64,000 nt of DNA from Thermoanaerobaculia bacterium (GTDB lineage: Bacteria; Acidobacteriota; Thermoanaerobaculia; Multivoradales; Multivoraceae): contig OY762911.1 in NCBI GenBank assembly GCA_963666565.1, forward strand, positions 3,456,001 through 3,520,000, read 5' to 3'. Under the pieces are notes generated by a model. The model was given only the letters and a program-made list of their open reading frames with translations. It searched no databases and was not told the DNA's origin. Shown piece after piece: positions 50,249 through 61,547 of the stretch. The position numbers were made by a program, and so were the translations under genes. The number at the start of each line of letters is the position of its first letter. The first letter of the stretch is position 1.

Positions 50249-51007
50249 CTAGGTTCGCGAACCGCCCGAGAACACGCGGAAGAGCTTCTTGAGCGGGTCG
50301 TAGAACTCCGACACGACCCGCTCCTTGAGCGGGATGATCGCGTTGTCGGTGATCGTGATGTGCTCCGGGCACACCCTGGTACAGCACTTCGTGATGTTGC
50401 AGTAGCCGATGCCCTCGTCCTGCTTCAGCGAAGCCAGCCGGTCCCCGGTGTCGAGGGGATGCATCTCGAGCGCCGCGTTGTAGACGAAGAAGCGGGGGCC
50501 GACGAACTCGTCGTGCAGGTGGTGGTCCCGCAGCACGTGGCAGACGTCCTGGCACAGGAAGCACTCGATGCACTTGCGGAACTCCTGCACCCGCTCGACG
50601 TCCTCCTGGGCGATGCGCCAGGTGCCGTCCTCGGCGTCAGGCGGCCGGGGCTCGAAGGGTTCGATCTTCTTCTTGACCTCGTAGTTCCAGGACACGTCGC
50701 AGACGAGGTCGCGGATCACTGGAAACGCCCGCATCGGCTCGACGGTCACCGGCCGGTCCGTCGGCAGGTCGCTCATCCGCGTCATGCACATGAGCCGTGG
50801 GTTCCCGTTCACCTCCGCCGAGCAGGACCCGCACTTGCCGGCCTTGCAGTTCCAGCGCACGGCGAGGTCGTTCGCCGACTCCGCCTGGATCTGGTGGACC
50901 GCGTCGAGGACGACCATGCCTTCCGTGACGTCCGTCTCGTAGTCGCGGTAGCCGCCCTCGCCTTCGGCGCCGTCCTGGCGCCAGATTCTGAACTGCGTCG
51001 CGGCCAT
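50249..51007 (-). CDS. sdhB: Succinate dehydrogenase/fumarate reductase Fe-S subunit (Sdh1 type)
   Basis: WNCKAGKCGSC, CIECFLCQDVC, CNITKCCTRVCP. Confidence 0.92.
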   Translation of the reverse strand: MAATQFRIWRQDGAEGEGGYRDYETDVTEGMVVLDAVHQIQAESANDLAVRWNCKAGKCGSCSAEVNGNPRLMCMTRMSDLPTDRPVTVEPMRAFPVIRDLVCDVSWNYEVKKKIEPFEPRPPDAEDGTWRIAQEDVERVQEFRKCIECFLCQDVCHVLRDHHLHDEFVGPRFFVYNAALEMHPLDTGDRLASLKQDEGIGYCNITKCCTRVCPEHITITDNAIIPLKERVVSEFYDPLKKLFRVFSGGSRT

Positions 51008-51008
51008 C

Positions 51009-52817
51009 TCAGCCCATCTCCTCGACCAATCCGGTCAGTTCGTCGCTCATCGGCTCCACCGGCATCTCCTCAACGACCATCTCTCCGTCGGCGCCCCTGG
51101 CGACCCGGACGATGACCTTGCCGAAGTGTTCGTCCTTCCGCGGATAGTCGTCCCGGAACTGCGCGCCGCGGCTTTCGCGCCGCATGAGCCCGGCGCGGGC
51201 GACCGCCTCGGACACGACCAGAAGAGGGTGCAGGTCGAGCGCCGTGTGCCAGCCCGGGTTGTACTCCCGGTTGCCGGGCGCCGACACCGCCTTCGCGCGG
51301 TCGGAGAGCCGGCCGATCTCCTCGATCGCTTCCTCCAGTTCGGACTCGACCCGGACGATGCCGACCTTCTCCTGCATCAGATCCTGGAGTTCGTGCTGGA
51401 TCCGGTACGGCCCCTCGCCGCCTTCCCGTTCAAGCGGTTCCAGCGCCTCCTTGACGCCCGCGTCGACCGCCGCCTCGTCGAGCCGGACCTCGCCCTGCTC
51501 GCCGGCGAAGGCGGCCGCGTACTCGCCCGCCCGCTTGCCGAACACGAGCAGGTCGGAGAGCGAGTTGCCGCCCAGCCGGTTCGCGCCGTGCAGTCCCGCC
51601 GCGCACTCGCCGGCGGCGAAGAGACCCGGCACGGACGACATCTGGCTCTCGGCGTCGACCCGGACGCCGCCCATCACGTAGTGGGTGGTCGGGCCGACCT
51701 CCATCCGTTCCTTCGTGATGTCGAGGCCCGCCAGCTCCTTGAACTGGTGGTACATGGAGGGCAGCTTCTTCCGGATGTGCTCCTCGGAGTTGCCGATCTT
51801 CTCCCTGATCCAGGCGATATCCAGGTAGACGCCGCCGTGCGGCGAACCCTTGCCGGCCTTGATCTGGTCCACGATGCACCGGGCAACGTGGTCCCGGGTC
51901 AGGAGCTCCGGCGGACGCCGCGCGTCGCGGTCGCCGACGACGTAGCGCCAGCCCTCCTCGGCGTTGTCGGCCGTCTGGTCCTTGTAGAGGGGCGGGATGT
52001 CGTCGAACATGAAGCGCTCGCCGTCCGAGTTCAGCAGGACGCCGCCCTCGCCGCGCACGCCTTCCGTGACCAGGATGCCGCGGACGCTGGGCGGCCAGAC
52101 CATCCCGGTCGGGTGGAACTGGACGAACTCCATGTCGATCAGGTCGGCGCCGGCGTCGTAGGCCAGCGTGTGACCGTCGCCGGTGTACTCCCAACTGTTG
52201 CTGGTGATCTTGAAGGCGCGGCCGATGCCGCCGGTGGCAAGCACGACCGCCTTCGCCCGGTAGACGCGGAAACGGCCCCGCTCCCGGTCGTATGCCAGCG
52301 CGCCCGCGACGCGGCCGTCGTCCAGCAGCAGCCGGAAGACGGTGTACTCCATGTGGAAGTCGATTCCCCGGTGGATGCCGTGATCCTGCAGGGTCCGGAT
52401 CATCTCCAGGCCGGTGCGGTCGCCGACATGGGCGAGCCGGGGGTAGCGGTGGCCGCCGAAGTTCCGCTGCAGGATGCGCCCGTCCTTCGTGCGGTCGAAC
52501 AGCGCGCCCCAGGCCTCCAGCTCCAGCGCCCGCGCCGGCGCCTCCTTCGCATGGATCTCCGCCATCTTCGGGTTGCTCAGGTACTGCCCGCCGCGCAGGG
52601 TGTCCGTGACGTGGACCTTCCAGTCGTCGCGCTCGTCCACGTTGCCGATCGCGGCCGCCATGCCGCCCTCGGCCATCACCGTGTGCGCCTTGCCGAGCAG
52701 GGACTTGCAGATCACGCCGCAGGAGACGCCCGCGGCCGAGGCCTCGATCGCGGCCCGCAGGCCGGCCCCGCCCGCGCCGACCACCAGTACGTCGTACTCG
52801 TAGGGGGTCTGCTCCAT
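51009..52817 (-). CDS. sdhA: Succinate dehydrogenase/fumarate reductase flavoprotein (Sdh1 type)
   Basis: GAGGAG, KAHTVMAEGG, QFHPTG, HYVMGG, HGANRLGGNSL, ESRG. Confidence 0.93.
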   Translation of the reverse strand: MEQTPYEYDVLVVGAGGAGLRAAIEASAAGVSCGVICKSLLGKAHTVMAEGGMAAAIGNVDERDDWKVHVTDTLRGGQYLSNPKMAEIHAKEAPARALELEAWGALFDRTKDGRILQRNFGGHRYPRLAHVGDRTGLEMIRTLQDHGIHRGIDFHMEYTVFRLLLDDGRVAGALAYDRERGRFRVYRAKAVVLATGGIGRAFKITSNSWEYTGDGHTLAYDAGADLIDMEFVQFHPTGMVWPPSVRGILVTEGVRGEGGVLLNSDGERFMFDDIPPLYKDQTADNAEEGWRYVVGDRDARRPPELLTRDHVARCIVDQIKAGKGSPHGGVYLDIAWIREKIGNSEEHIRKKLPSMYHQFKELAGLDITKERMEVGPTTHYVMGGVRVDAESQMSSVPGLFAAGECAAGLHGANRLGGNSLSDLLVFGKRAGEYAAAFAGEQGEVRLDEAAVDAGVKEALEPLEREGGEGPYRIQHELQDLMQEKVGIVRVESELEEAIEEIGRLSDRAKAVSAPGNREYNPGWHTALDLHPLLVVSEAVARAGLMRRESRGAQFRDDYPRKDEHFGKVIVRVARGADGEMVVEEMPVEPMSDELTGLVEEMG

Positions 52818-53617
52818 CAGAGAATCCTGAAGTCCGTCCAGACGCCCATCGAGCAGAGCCGGACGTAGATGTCGGAGAACGTGACCCAGATCAGGCTGAG
52901 CCAGGCCCAGGCCATGTGCCGGCGGTTCAGGCAGGAGACGCAGCGGTAGCAGGCGCTCTGGAACGGCTTCCCCGCCATCACATTGCGGAAGCCGCCGATG
53001 ACGTGCCGCGTCGAGTGGCAGCCCAGGGCGTAGCCGCTCAGCAGCAGCCAGTTGATCAGGAGGACGAAGCTGCCGACGCCAACGCCGAAGACGTGGCCGC
53101 CGGAAGCCGTCTCGAACTCGAACGCCCGGTACACGTCGATCGGGAAGAAGACGAAGATCCAGGCCATCATCGCGTACAGGAAGTAGCGGTGGATGTTCTG
53201 GACGATCAGCGGAAAGGAGTTCTCGCCCCGGTAGGCGTTTCGCGGCTCGCCGACCGCGCAGGCGGGCGGGTCGGCCCAGAACGCCTTGTAGTAGGCGCCC
53301 CGGTAGTAGTAGCAGGTGGCGCGGAAGCCGAGAGGCAGGATCAGGATGAACAGCGCCGGCGACTGGGGAACGAAGCTCGGCCACCAGCTCGGGAAGCCCT
53401 CGAACCAGGCGTGGTGCGAGAGGCCGAAAACCTCGGGCGAGTACAGCGGCGAAAGGTAGCCGCCCAGATGGTAGTGGTCGGCCTGAAGCGCCGCCCAGGT
53501 CGCATATGCGCTTGCGAGACCCAGGCCCACGACAACGGCGCCTGGCTGCAGCCACCAGGCGTCCTGGCGCTGCGTCTCACCGAACGATCGCCGCTTCAAC
53601 ACGGCGGAAATGGCCAT
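52817..53617 (-). CDS. Sdh1-type membrane anchor subunit (Rv0249c-like)
   Basis: FRATCYYYRGAYYKAFW.DPPACAV, QNIHRYF, GCHSTRH. Confidence 0.85.
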   Translation of the reverse strand: MAISAVLKRRSFGETQRQDAWWLQPGAVVVGLGLASAYATWAALQADHYHLGGYLSPLYSPEVFGLSHHAWFEGFPSWWPSFVPQSPALFILILPLGFRATCYYYRGAYYKAFWADPPACAVGEPRNAYRGENSFPLIVQNIHRYFLYAMMAWIFVFFPIDVYRAFEFETASGGHVFGVGVGSFVLLINWLLLSGYALGCHSTRHVIGGFRNVMAGKPFQSACYRCVSCLNRRHMAWAWLSLIWVTFSDIYVRLCSMGVWTDFRIL

Positions 53618-53748
53618 CTCGGATTCTGTCCTCTCTGGGTCGCTGGATGGAAGTGCGTGGGCGAGGGGCGCGGTCGGCCCGGCGACGATCATAGCCACAA
53701 AGCCGAGTCCCGATCGAGCCGGGCGCCAGGGGGTGGGCGGCGGCGGGC

Positions 53749-55170
53749 TCAGAGCGCCGGCGAGGAGCGGAGGTCGTCCATCTCGGACACTCCCGCCGCT
53801 TCAACGCCTTCCGCCCGCTCCGCATCGAGCAGAGAGGCGCCGCGTTCGATCCACGTCCGGCCGCGCACCCGGACGGCGAGCAGACCCGCCAGCAACGCCA
53901 CATGGACGATGAAGCAGCTCCAGGCGCCGACCAGGCCCCAGTTCCGCGTCGCGAAGAACACGAGCGGCACGAAGACGAGCCAGGCCACGCCGATGTTCAC
54001 GACCATCGGGTAGGTCGTGTCGCCGGCGCCCCGAAGCGCGCCGGAGTAGATGTTGAACGGCAGCTCGAAGATCAGGCACAGGGTGGCGATGAGAAACAGA
54101 GGCCTGGCGTACGGCAGGAGCGCCGCCAGATCGCCCGCCTCCCGCGCGAACAACTGCATCAGCCACCCGGGGAAACCGACGTAGACGACAGCCATGATCG
54201 CCATCGCCCCGTAGCCCAGCCACATCACGCGCCGGACGACGATGCGTACGTCGCCAAGCTGCCTGGCGCCCAGGCACTGGCCGACCAGCGTCGTGCAACC
54301 GACGGCCAGCGCGACTGCGAGCATGAAAGAGACCGACCAGGCGTGAATCACGGCGTTCGTCGCAGCCATCTCCGCGTCGCCCAGGTTGGCCACGAGGGCC
54401 GTGAAGACGCTGATTCCGCCCATCTCCATGAACACCTGGACGCCGATCGGCAGGCTGACGCGGAGCATCTGGCCGAGCAGGGCCGCCTCCGGGGCCCGGG
54501 GCCGGGTTGCGCCGTAGTCGCGCCCGATCTTCGTCGCCAGAACGCCGGCCAGCAGGCCGAGCGCGACGAGAAACTGGGCGATCACCGTACCGACCGCGGT
54601 GCCCGCGGCGCCAAGTTCCGGGAATCCCCACACGCCGAAAATGAGCAGGTAGTTCAGCCCGCAGTTCAGGGCCAGTTGAATCAGCCCCGCGAACATGGGT
54701 ACCTCCGTGCGTCCGAGGCCGCGGTAGTAGTTCTCCGCGACGAGGAAGATCATCAGGCCCACCGCGGCGCCCAGGCGCACCTCGGTGTAGTCCGTGGCGA
54801 TCGCCTGGACTTCCGCCGACGCCCCCATCACCCGGAACGCCCAGCCGGACAGAGGCGCCGCGAGCAGAACGGCGACGCCCGCGCCGGCGGCCAGGTAGAG
54901 GCCCTGCCAGAAGGCGACGCCGACCCGATCCTTCTTGCCGGCGCCGAAGAACTGGGCGACGAAGGTGTTCACGCCCTGCAGCAGGCCGACGAAGAAGCCG
55001 AGCAGCCACCAGGAGATGATCGCGCCCAGGCCGACCCCGGCCAGGGCGACGACACCCAGACGCCCGACCATCATCGCGTCGATCAGACCCATCGCCGTGT
55101 GGGTCATCTGCGTGACGACGACCGGTCCCGCCAGCGCCAGGATCCGCCGATAGGAGATGTCGATGTTCAT
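53749..55170 (-). CDS. MATE family efflux transporter
   Basis: [39 protein letters not shown]. Confidence 0.92.
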   Translation of the reverse strand: MNIDISYRRILALAGPVVVTQMTHTAMGLIDAMMVGRLGVVALAGVGLGAIISWWLLGFFVGLLQGVNTFVAQFFGAGKKDRVGVAFWQGLYLAAGAGVAVLLAAPLSGWAFRVMGASAEVQAIATDYTEVRLGAAVGLMIFLVAENYYRGLGRTEVPMFAGLIQLALNCGLNYLLIFGVWGFPELGAAGTAVGTVIAQFLVALGLLAGVLATKIGRDYGATRPRAPEAALLGQMLRVSLPIGVQVFMEMGGISVFTALVANLGDAEMAATNAVIHAWSVSFMLAVALAVGCTTLVGQCLGARQLGDVRIVVRRVMWLGYGAMAIMAVVYVGFPGWLMQLFAREAGDLAALLPYARPLFLIATLCLIFELPFNIYSGALRGAGDTTYPMVVNIGVAWLVFVPLVFFATRNWGLVGAWSCFIVHVALLAGLLAVRVRGRTWIERGASLLDAERAEGVEAAGVSEMDDLRSSPAL

Positions 55171-55173
55171 CGG

Positions 55174-55878
55174 TCAAGCTTCCCCGAACAGGGCTTCGAA
55201 CTGCGCCGCCATCCGCGGTCCCGCCCCTTCGTCCTCGTGCTTGAAGAAGACGTAGGTCTCGTTCCAGGGTTGCGCCGCAATCCGGTCGGCCCAGGATCCG
55301 AGCGCCGCCTCGTCGTAGTCCTCGCGGCGCAGGCGAAGATAACCGAACCCGGCGGTGGCGACGAGGGGCGCGTCGTGGTCGCCGCCCGCGTCGGCGATGC
55401 ACAGGGCGGCGCCGGCTCGCTCGAGCGCGGCGAACACGGCGTCGTCGAACCAGCTCGCGTGCCGGAACTCGAACGCCGCCCGCATCCCCTCGGGCAGGCA
55501 TTCGAGAAACGCCGCGAGCCGGTCGTCGTCCCGCCTGAGGTAGGGCGGCAGTTGAAACAGGAACGGCCCCAGCCGCTCGCCCAGCGCGCCGGCCGTGCGG
55601 AAGAGGTAGTCGACCGAGTCGGCCGCGTCACGCAGGCGCTGGTGGTGGGTGATGCGGCGCGACGCCTTCAGCGCGAAGCGGAAGGTCTCCGGCGCCGCGT
55701 CGCGCCAACCATCCAGCAGGTCGGCCTTCGGCATGCGGTAGAACGTGTTGTTGATCTCCACCGCGCCCAGCCTGGAGGCGTAGAACGCGAGCATCTCCGG
55801 CCGCTTCGTGCCGGCCGGGTAGAAGTGCCCCTCCCACGCGGGGTAGGAGAACCCGCTCGTGCCGGTGCGAACCCGCAC
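55174..55878 (-). CDS. DUF72 (YecE-like) protein
   Basis: [33 protein letters not shown]. Confidence 0.88.
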   Translation of the reverse strand: MRVRTGTSGFSYPAWEGHFYPAGTKRPEMLAFYASRLGAVEINNTFYRMPKADLLDGWRDAAPETFRFALKASRRITHHQRLRDAADSVDYLFRTAGALGERLGPFLFQLPPYLRRDDDRLAAFLECLPEGMRAAFEFRHASWFDDAVFAALERAGAALCIADAGGDHDAPLVATAGFGYLRLRREDYDEAALGSWADRIAAQPWNETYVFFKHEDEGAGPRMAAQFEALFGEA

Positions 55879-55904
55879 TGTCTCGATGTCGCCGGAAGCG
55901 CCGG

Positions 55905-57635
55905 TCAGGCGCTGCCGTCGTCCAGGAAGGGGCGCAGCTTCCGCGCCCACTCCGGATTCCGCAGCTTGCGCAGCGCCTTGGACTCGATCTGCCGGATGCG
56001 CTCGCGGGTGACGTTGAACGACTTGCCGACCTCCTCCAGCGTGTGCTCCGAACCCTCGCCCACGCCGAAGCGCATCCGCAGCACCAGCTCCTCGCGCGGC
56101 GACAGCGAGCGCAGTACGTTGCCCGTCTGCTCGCGCAGGTTGGCGGAGATGACCTCGTCGATCGGCGACGGCGAGTTCTTGTCCTCGATGAAGTCGCCGA
56201 GGTGGGAGTCTTCCTCCTCCCCGACCGGCGTCTCGAGCGACACCGGCGCCTGGGCGATCTTCATGATCTTGCGCACCTTGGAGGCGGGCAGGTCCATGTG
56301 CTCGCCGATCTCCTCGGCCGTGGGCTCGCGCCCGAGCTCCTGGACCAGCGACCGCGAAGTGCGGGTCAGCTTGTTGATGTTCTCGATCATGTGGACGGGG
56401 ATGCGGATCGTCCGCGACTGATCGGCGATGGCCCGCGCCACCGCCTGGCGGATCCACCAGGTGGCGTAGGTCGAGAACTTGTAGCCGCGGCGGTACTCGA
56501 ACTTCTCCACCGCCTTCATCAGGCCGATGTTCCCCTCCTGGATCAGGTCCAGGAACTGGAGCCCCCGGTTCGTGTACTTCTTGGCGATCGAGACGACCAG
56601 ACGCAGGTTCGACATGATGAGCTGCTCCTTGGCGCGCTCGCTCAACACCTCGCCGCGCTTGACCTTCGCCACCATCGCGCGGAGCTCTCCCTGCTTGACG
56701 AAGTGGCGCAACTCGAGCTTGCGCACCTCTTCGCGGTACTTCTGGATGCGCCGGCGGTGCAGCGCCCTGAGTTCCTCGTTGCTCTCGCGCTCGAGCGCCA
56801 CCTGCGCCCGGCTGATGTCGCGCTCGCTCCGCCGGAACCGGTTGTCGATCAGCTTGACCAGGTCGACCACCCGGTTGCGGTCCGGACCGGTGAAGCCCAG
56901 CTCCACGATGAGGGCGGAGGCCCGCTCCTCCAGGCGGTCGATGTCGCGCGCGATCTCCTGGAAGCGGTCGCCCTTCGGCGAGTACCGCTTCTGCTTGCGC
57001 CTCGTGCGTTCGAGTTCGTCTTCCAGCTCCTCCATCTTCTGGAACACGCCGTCGCGCTTGGCGATCCGCTTGTGGCCGTTCGGGTCCAGCAGGGAGATGG
57101 GATGTTCGATCTCCACCAGGTGCGAGAGCGGCTTCGCGTTCTTGCGGTCCGCGAGCTCGGTCATCGCCAGCAGGCGGATCATCAGTTGGGGATTCCGGGC
57201 CATCGCCTGGAAGATCTGCCACTCGCCGTCCTCGAGCGAGCGCGCGATCTCGACCTCGCCGTCGCGGTCGAGCAGCGGAACCGTGCTCATCTCCCGCAGG
57301 TACATCCGCACCGGATCGCTGGTGTTCAGCGGTTCGGCGACCGTCGGCGTCGCGGGGTCCTCGTCCGCCTTCTCGATCTCGAGCGTGACCTGCTCGTCGA
57401 GATTCGCCATGTACCAGTCGGGCCGCCGGATCACGCCGACCCGCAGCCCGCGCAGGCGGTCGTAGAGCTCGTCGATCTCGGCCTCGACGCCGACCATGTC
57501 GGCCGGCATCATGTCGTGGATCTCGTCGTTGAGAAGGTACGTCTTCGCCTTCCCCAGCTCGAAGAGCTGGCGAATGGACGTGTACCTCGCTTCAAGGGGC
57601 TTGTTCACGTCCTTCACTGGGGAAACTGCCATCAT
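55905..57635 (-). CDS. rpoD: RpoD-type (group 1-like) sigma-70 factor
   Basis: [56 protein letters not shown]. Confidence 0.9.
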   Translation of the reverse strand: MMAVSPVKDVNKPLEARYTSIRQLFELGKAKTYLLNDEIHDMMPADMVGVEAEIDELYDRLRGLRVGVIRRPDWYMANLDEQVTLEIEKADEDPATPTVAEPLNTSDPVRMYLREMSTVPLLDRDGEVEIARSLEDGEWQIFQAMARNPQLMIRLLAMTELADRKNAKPLSHLVEIEHPISLLDPNGHKRIAKRDGVFQKMEELEDELERTRRKQKRYSPKGDRFQEIARDIDRLEERASALIVELGFTGPDRNRVVDLVKLIDNRFRRSERDISRAQVALERESNEELRALHRRRIQKYREEVRKLELRHFVKQGELRAMVAKVKRGEVLSERAKEQLIMSNLRLVVSIAKKYTNRGLQFLDLIQEGNIGLMKAVEKFEYRRGYKFSTYATWWIRQAVARAIADQSRTIRIPVHMIENINKLTRTSRSLVQELGREPTAEEIGEHMDLPASKVRKIMKIAQAPVSLETPVGEEEDSHLGDFIEDKNSPSPIDEVISANLREQTGNVLRSLSPREELVLRMRFGVGEGSEHTLEEVGKSFNVTRERIRQIESKALRKLRNPEWARKLRPFLDDGSA

Positions 57636-57796
57636 CGGTCTCCAGGTAGGGGCCAAGCAGGGTTCAGGTGCGGCGGCGCCGAGAGCCGTCCGAGTGGATC
57701 TCGGCCCGCACACTTCCCCGCCCGCCGAGGAAGACCTCGACGAACCGGGAACGTTGAGCGCGGACAGCGCGCTCAAGTGTAGCAGTATGAAGACGA

Positions 57797-58039
57797 TCAG
57801 CCACCCCGAAGTGTTTCGCCCCGCGCTCGCGCGGGAGCCTCGCCGGGGGCCTCGCGTCCGTCCTCGTCTTCAACCGGTGCAGCCGTCGCGATTCTTCCCC
57901 GCTGCCGCAGCGACTCGCGGAGCAGATACTCGATCTGACCGTTGACGCTCCGCAGTTCCGCCGCCGCCAGCCGCTGGACCTCCTCGAACACGCCGAAGTC
58001 GAGACGCAGGAGGAACGCCTTGCGCGGAGGTGCCGCCAC
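57797..58039 (-). CDS. Arc/ribbon-helix-helix DNA-binding protein
   Basis: RKAFLLRLD...[14 protein letters not shown]. Confidence 0.82.
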   Translation of the reverse strand: MAAPPRKAFLLRLDFGVFEEVQRLAAAELRSVNGQIEYLLRESLRQRGRIATAAPVEDEDGREAPGEAPARARGETLRGG

Positions 58040-58057
58040 CGTTCGACGCCCTTCCGT

Positions 58058-58945
58058 CTACGGATACAGCGTGCCGGCGTTCACCACCGGCTGGGTATGG
58101 CGGTCGCTGCACAGGACGGACAGCAGGTTGCCGACCATGGCGGCCTTCCGTTCGTCGTCGAGGTGCACCACGTCCTTCTCGCTCAGCATCTTCAATGCCT
58201 GCTCCACCATGCCGACGGCGCCGTCCACGATCTGGGCCCGCGCGGCGACCACCGCCGCCGCCTGCTGGCGCTGCAGCATGGCGGCCGCTATCTCCGCCGC
58301 GTAGGCCAGGTGGCTGATCCGGGCCTCGATCACCTCGACGCCGGCGGTCGCCAGCCGCTCCTGGACCTCGCCGCGAAGCCGTTCGGAGATCTCGGCGGTG
58401 TGATGCGACAGGGAGACCTCGCCCTCGTTGTGGGCATCGTAGGGATAGCCCGTCGCCATGTTGCGCAGCGCGGCTTCGCTCTGAACCTGCACGTAGTCCT
58501 CGTAGTCGTCGACGTTGAAGAGCGCCTCGGCGCTGTCCACGACCCGCCAGACGACGACCGCGCCGATCTCGATCGGGTTCCCGGCGTTGTCGTTCACCTT
58601 CAGCTTCCCGGTCTCGAAGTTCCGCGTCCGCACGGACACGCGCCGCTTGCTGAGAAAGGGATTCGCCCAGCGAAGCCCCGTGTCGTAGACGCTGCCCCGG
58701 TAGGAACCGAAGAGCTGAAGGACCTTCGCCTCGTTCGGGTGGACCATGAACAGCCCGAACGTCAGGAAGACGAGAACGGGAATGCACACCGCGCAGAAGA
58801 TCGTGGCGGGGATGACCTGCCAGACGCCGAACACGACGGTCCCGGCGATCGCGAGAGGGATGAGGGGAATGAGCAGGCACAGCATGCCTACGCCCGATTG
58901 GACCGAGAGACGCTTCTCTCGATGCTCTACCATCTGTTGTTCCAT
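58058..58945 (-). CDS. SPFH/Band-7 domain membrane protein
   Basis: [45 protein letters not shown]. Confidence 0.9.
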   Translation of the reverse strand: MEQQMVEHREKRLSVQSGVGMLCLLIPLIPLAIAGTVVFGVWQVIPATIFCAVCIPVLVFLTFGLFMVHPNEAKVLQLFGSYRGSVYDTGLRWANPFLSKRRVSVRTRNFETGKLKVNDNAGNPIEIGAVVVWRVVDSAEALFNVDDYEDYVQVQSEAALRNMATGYPYDAHNEGEVSLSHHTAEISERLRGEVQERLATAGVEVIEARISHLAYAAEIAAAMLQRQQAAAVVAARAQIVDGAVGMVEQALKMLSEKDVVHLDDERKAAMVGNLLSVLCSDRHTQPVVNAGTLYP

Positions 58946-58988
58946 TCGTTGACGACTCCTTCGATTGGGCGGCCGACCGACCACCAGT

Positions 58989-59017
58989 TGATATAGGCGT
59001 GATATCACATTCATATC
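58989..59017. promoter_or_regulatory. Palindromic operator GTGATATCAC with flanking (T)GATAT/ATATC half-sites upstream of the SPFH-RHH operon
   Basis: Perfect 10-bp palindrome at 58999-59008 in an AT-rich divergent intergenic region. Confidence 0.6.
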
Positions 59018-59051
59018 GACATGGCCACCAGGTCGGCTGGCCGACACGGTC

Positions 59052-60176
59052 GTGAAGGCGAACGGACGGGCCGATTCCGGCGCGGCTCTGCGCATCGCAG
59101 GGCGCTTCCGGATCGGGGCGGCCGCAACCGCCGCGGTGGAACTGCGGGCGGGCCACATCAACGACTCGTACGTCGTCTCCGCCGCGAGCGGCCACCGCTT
59201 TCTGCTGCAACGGATCAACGGCCACGTGTTCCCGCGTCCGGCGCAGGTCATGGCCAACGTCGTGCGGATCACGCGCCACCTCGAGCGACGGCTCGGCCCG
59301 GGAAGTGCCCGGCGACGGCTCGTTCTCGTACCCGCGGCGAACGGACAGACGTGGGTCGAAACGCCGGTCGGGGAAGGCCGGGCCGACTGGTGGCGGATGT
59401 ACGAGTTCATCGAGGACACGACGACCGAGCTACGGGCGTCGACCCCGGAGCAGGCCTTCCTCGCCGCGCAGGCGTTCGGCCGCTTCGAGACGCTGCTCGT
59501 CGATCTCCCCGCTCCTCCACTGCACGAGACGATTCCCGGCTTCCACGACACGCCCGGGCGCTTCGAGGCGTTCGACCGCGCACTGGCCGCGGCGGGCGAC
59601 TCGGCCGCCGGCAAGGACCGGCGCCGCCGGGCCGCAGCCGAGATCCGGTCGCTGGCCGGCCACCGCGACCTGGCCGCCCGGCTGAGCGGCGCCGCCGATC
59701 GGGAGTTGCCGCGGCGCACCGTCCACAACGACTGCAAGATCAGCAACGTCCTGTTCGACCGGGCGACCGGCGAAGCGCTGTGCGTCGTCGACCTGGACAC
59801 GACCATGCCCGGACTGGCCGCCTGCGATTTCGGAGACATGGTTCGCTCGATGAGCCACCGTGCCGACGAGGACGCCCGGGACACGGCCGATGCAACCGTC
59901 GACCCGGAGCTCTTCGCCGCCCTGGCCCAGGGCTACCTGGACGGCGCCGGTTTTCTGACCGCGGCGGAGCGTCGCAGCCTGGTCGACGGCGCCCTGGTGC
60001 TGACGCTCGAGCAGGCGGTGCGCTTCCTCACGGACCACCTGGATGGCGACGTCTACTTTCGGGTCGAGCGCCCCGGCCAGAACCTGGATCGTTGCCGGGT
60101 GCAACTGGCGTTGCTCGAGTCGCTGCTGGCGCGTGACGCGGACCTGCGCCGAGTCGTCGGAGGCGCAACCGCCTAG
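59052..60176 (+). CDS. Phosphotransferase (N-acetylhexosamine 1-kinase/APH-like)
   Basis: [46 protein letters not shown]. Confidence 0.85.
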   Translation: MKANGRADSGAALRIAGRFRIGAAATAAVELRAGHINDSYVVSAASGHRFLLQRINGHVFPRPAQVMANVVRITRHLERRLGPGSARRRLVLVPAANGQTWVETPVGEGRADWWRMYEFIEDTTTELRASTPEQAFLAAQAFGRFETLLVDLPAPPLHETIPGFHDTPGRFEAFDRALAAAGDSAAGKDRRRRAAAEIRSLAGHRDLAARLSGAADRELPRRTVHNDCKISNVLFDRATGEALCVVDLDTTMPGLAACDFGDMVRSMSHRADEDARDTADATVDPELFAALAQGYLDGAGFLTAAERRSLVDGALVLTLEQAVRFLTDHLDGDVYFRVERPGQNLDRCRVQLALLESLLARDADLRRVVGGATA

Positions 60177-61547
60177 TCAGAACGCTTCGAGGTCCCGCTT
60201 CCCGCTTACCTGCTTGGGCGGATTGTGGTACGTGCGATTCAAACCGCCGACCGTGTCCCTGACCGTGACCCAGTACTCCACATCGGACAGGGCGCCGTAG
60301 AACACCCAGTAGTGACCGTTCAGCACGCGGCCGTCGAGCACCTTGACGACAAGCTCCAGGTTCGCCGGGTCGAAGAACCAGAACAGGCCCGCATCGTCGG
60401 AGATCGCCACCGGGATGGCGCCGCCGCTTCCGAAGTTGCCGGCCACGTCGGGGTCGGTCCAGTGCACCTGGACTTCGAAGCGCTGCCTCAGGCAGAGAAA
60501 GCTGTCGCCGGCACGACATGGGCCGTTGTACCCGCCGGTCGTCGCACTTGCCTCCTCCGAGTACTCGACTCCCTGGCGCCCCTGCGCGCGCAGACGGAAC
60601 GTGTACGGCGTCTCCGAACGAAGTCCGTCGATGCGAACGCGTCCGGCGGTCGCGTTCGCCGTCGTCACCTGAGCCCAGCCCGCAGTCTGGCTGCGTGCCT
60701 CGACGCTCAGCAGCCCTCTTTCCGCGACGGTCCAGCTTCCACGCCAGAACACAATGACGCCCGAGTCCCCCACCGGCTCCGCGGCGACGCCGCCGGTGAA
60801 CCGCGGTTCCGGGTCGCCCGGATCGCCAGGATCGTCCGGGTCGCCAGGATCGTCCGGATCGTCGGATTCCAGCAGATCGAACGTCAACCTGGCGATCGGT
60901 GCGCGGCTGAACGGGCCCATTCCCCGGATGCTCTCGATCGTTCCGCGGGGCACGGTCGGCGGATTGTCGAGGGAGAAGCCGCTTCCCTCCTCGGTCCCCG
61001 CGTCGTAGGGGAACAGATCGACCTCGCGGCGCTCCAGCCACTTCCCCCGCTCGTCGAGCAGGGACAGCCCGGAGACGCCCACGAACCAGTCGGGACTCGG
61101 CGCGATCATCGTCACGAGCGTGACCAGCGGAAAGTCCCGAGCGGCCGCGAGCTCGATCGTCGTCCGAGCCGTGCCGCCTCTGCCCGGGTCCTGCTCGAAC
61201 ACGGACTGCACGTGCGGACTGCGGCCCATCGCCGCCGCCAGCCGGTCCTGAATCCCGAGTTCCGCGACTCGTTCAAGTTCGGGGCTGGCCATGCCGCCGG
61301 CGCGCCAGAAGCTCGCCCGGCTGCCGTGGACGGCGCCGATCAGGGGAGAGAAGTGCGCGCCGCCCGGCACTCCGCCCGGCGTGACGCTCCGGGTCCAGGC
61401 CCCCTCGAACGTCAACCGGTATCGGGCCGACCCCTCGCCGGCAGGGCGCGCGACCGCCGGAACAACGGCGAGGCCCAGGCACCCGAGAAGGAGACAGAAC
61501 CACGGCGAACGGCGCTCAGCAACCATCGCCGTCACGCTAGCACCCAC
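60177..61547 (-). CDS. Secreted Spondin_N + Asp/Pro linker + FN3 + acidobacterial C-terminal module protein
   Basis: HFSPLIGAVH, MIAPSPDWFVG and YDAGTE (Spondin_N). GLRSETPYTFRLRA (FN3). FWFFDPANLELVVKVLDG. Confidence 0.85.
   Translation of the reverse strand: MGASVTAMVAERRSPWFCLLLGCLGLAVVPAVARPAGEGSARYRLTFEGAWTRSVTPGGVPGGAHFSPLIGAVHGSRASFWRAGGMASPELERVAELGIQDRLAAAMGRSPHVQSVFEQDPGRGGTARTTIELAAARDFPLVTLVTMIAPSPDWFVGVSGLSLLDERGKWLERREVDLFPYDAGTEEGSGFSLDNPPTVPRGTIESIRGMGPFSRAPIARLTFDLLESDDPDDPGDPDDPGDPGDPEPRFTGGVAAEPVGDSGVIVFWRGSWTVAERGLLSVEARSQTAGWAQVTTANATAGRVRIDGLRSETPYTFRLRAQGRQGVEYSEEASATTGGYNGPCRAGDSFLCLRQRFEVQVHWTDPDVAGNFGSGGAIPVAISDDAGLFWFFDPANLELVVKVLDGRVLNGHYWVFYGALSDVEYWVTVRDTVGGLNRTYHNPPKQVSGKRDLEAF

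Noticed and set aside
45936-50573. 1545-aa minus-strand ORF and other very long overlapping ORFs (e.g. 8380-11592, 20761-23802 N-part, 46061-49171, 53902-56421)
   Set aside because: Shadow or alternative frames of well-supported genes, expected at this GC content; no motifs of their own.
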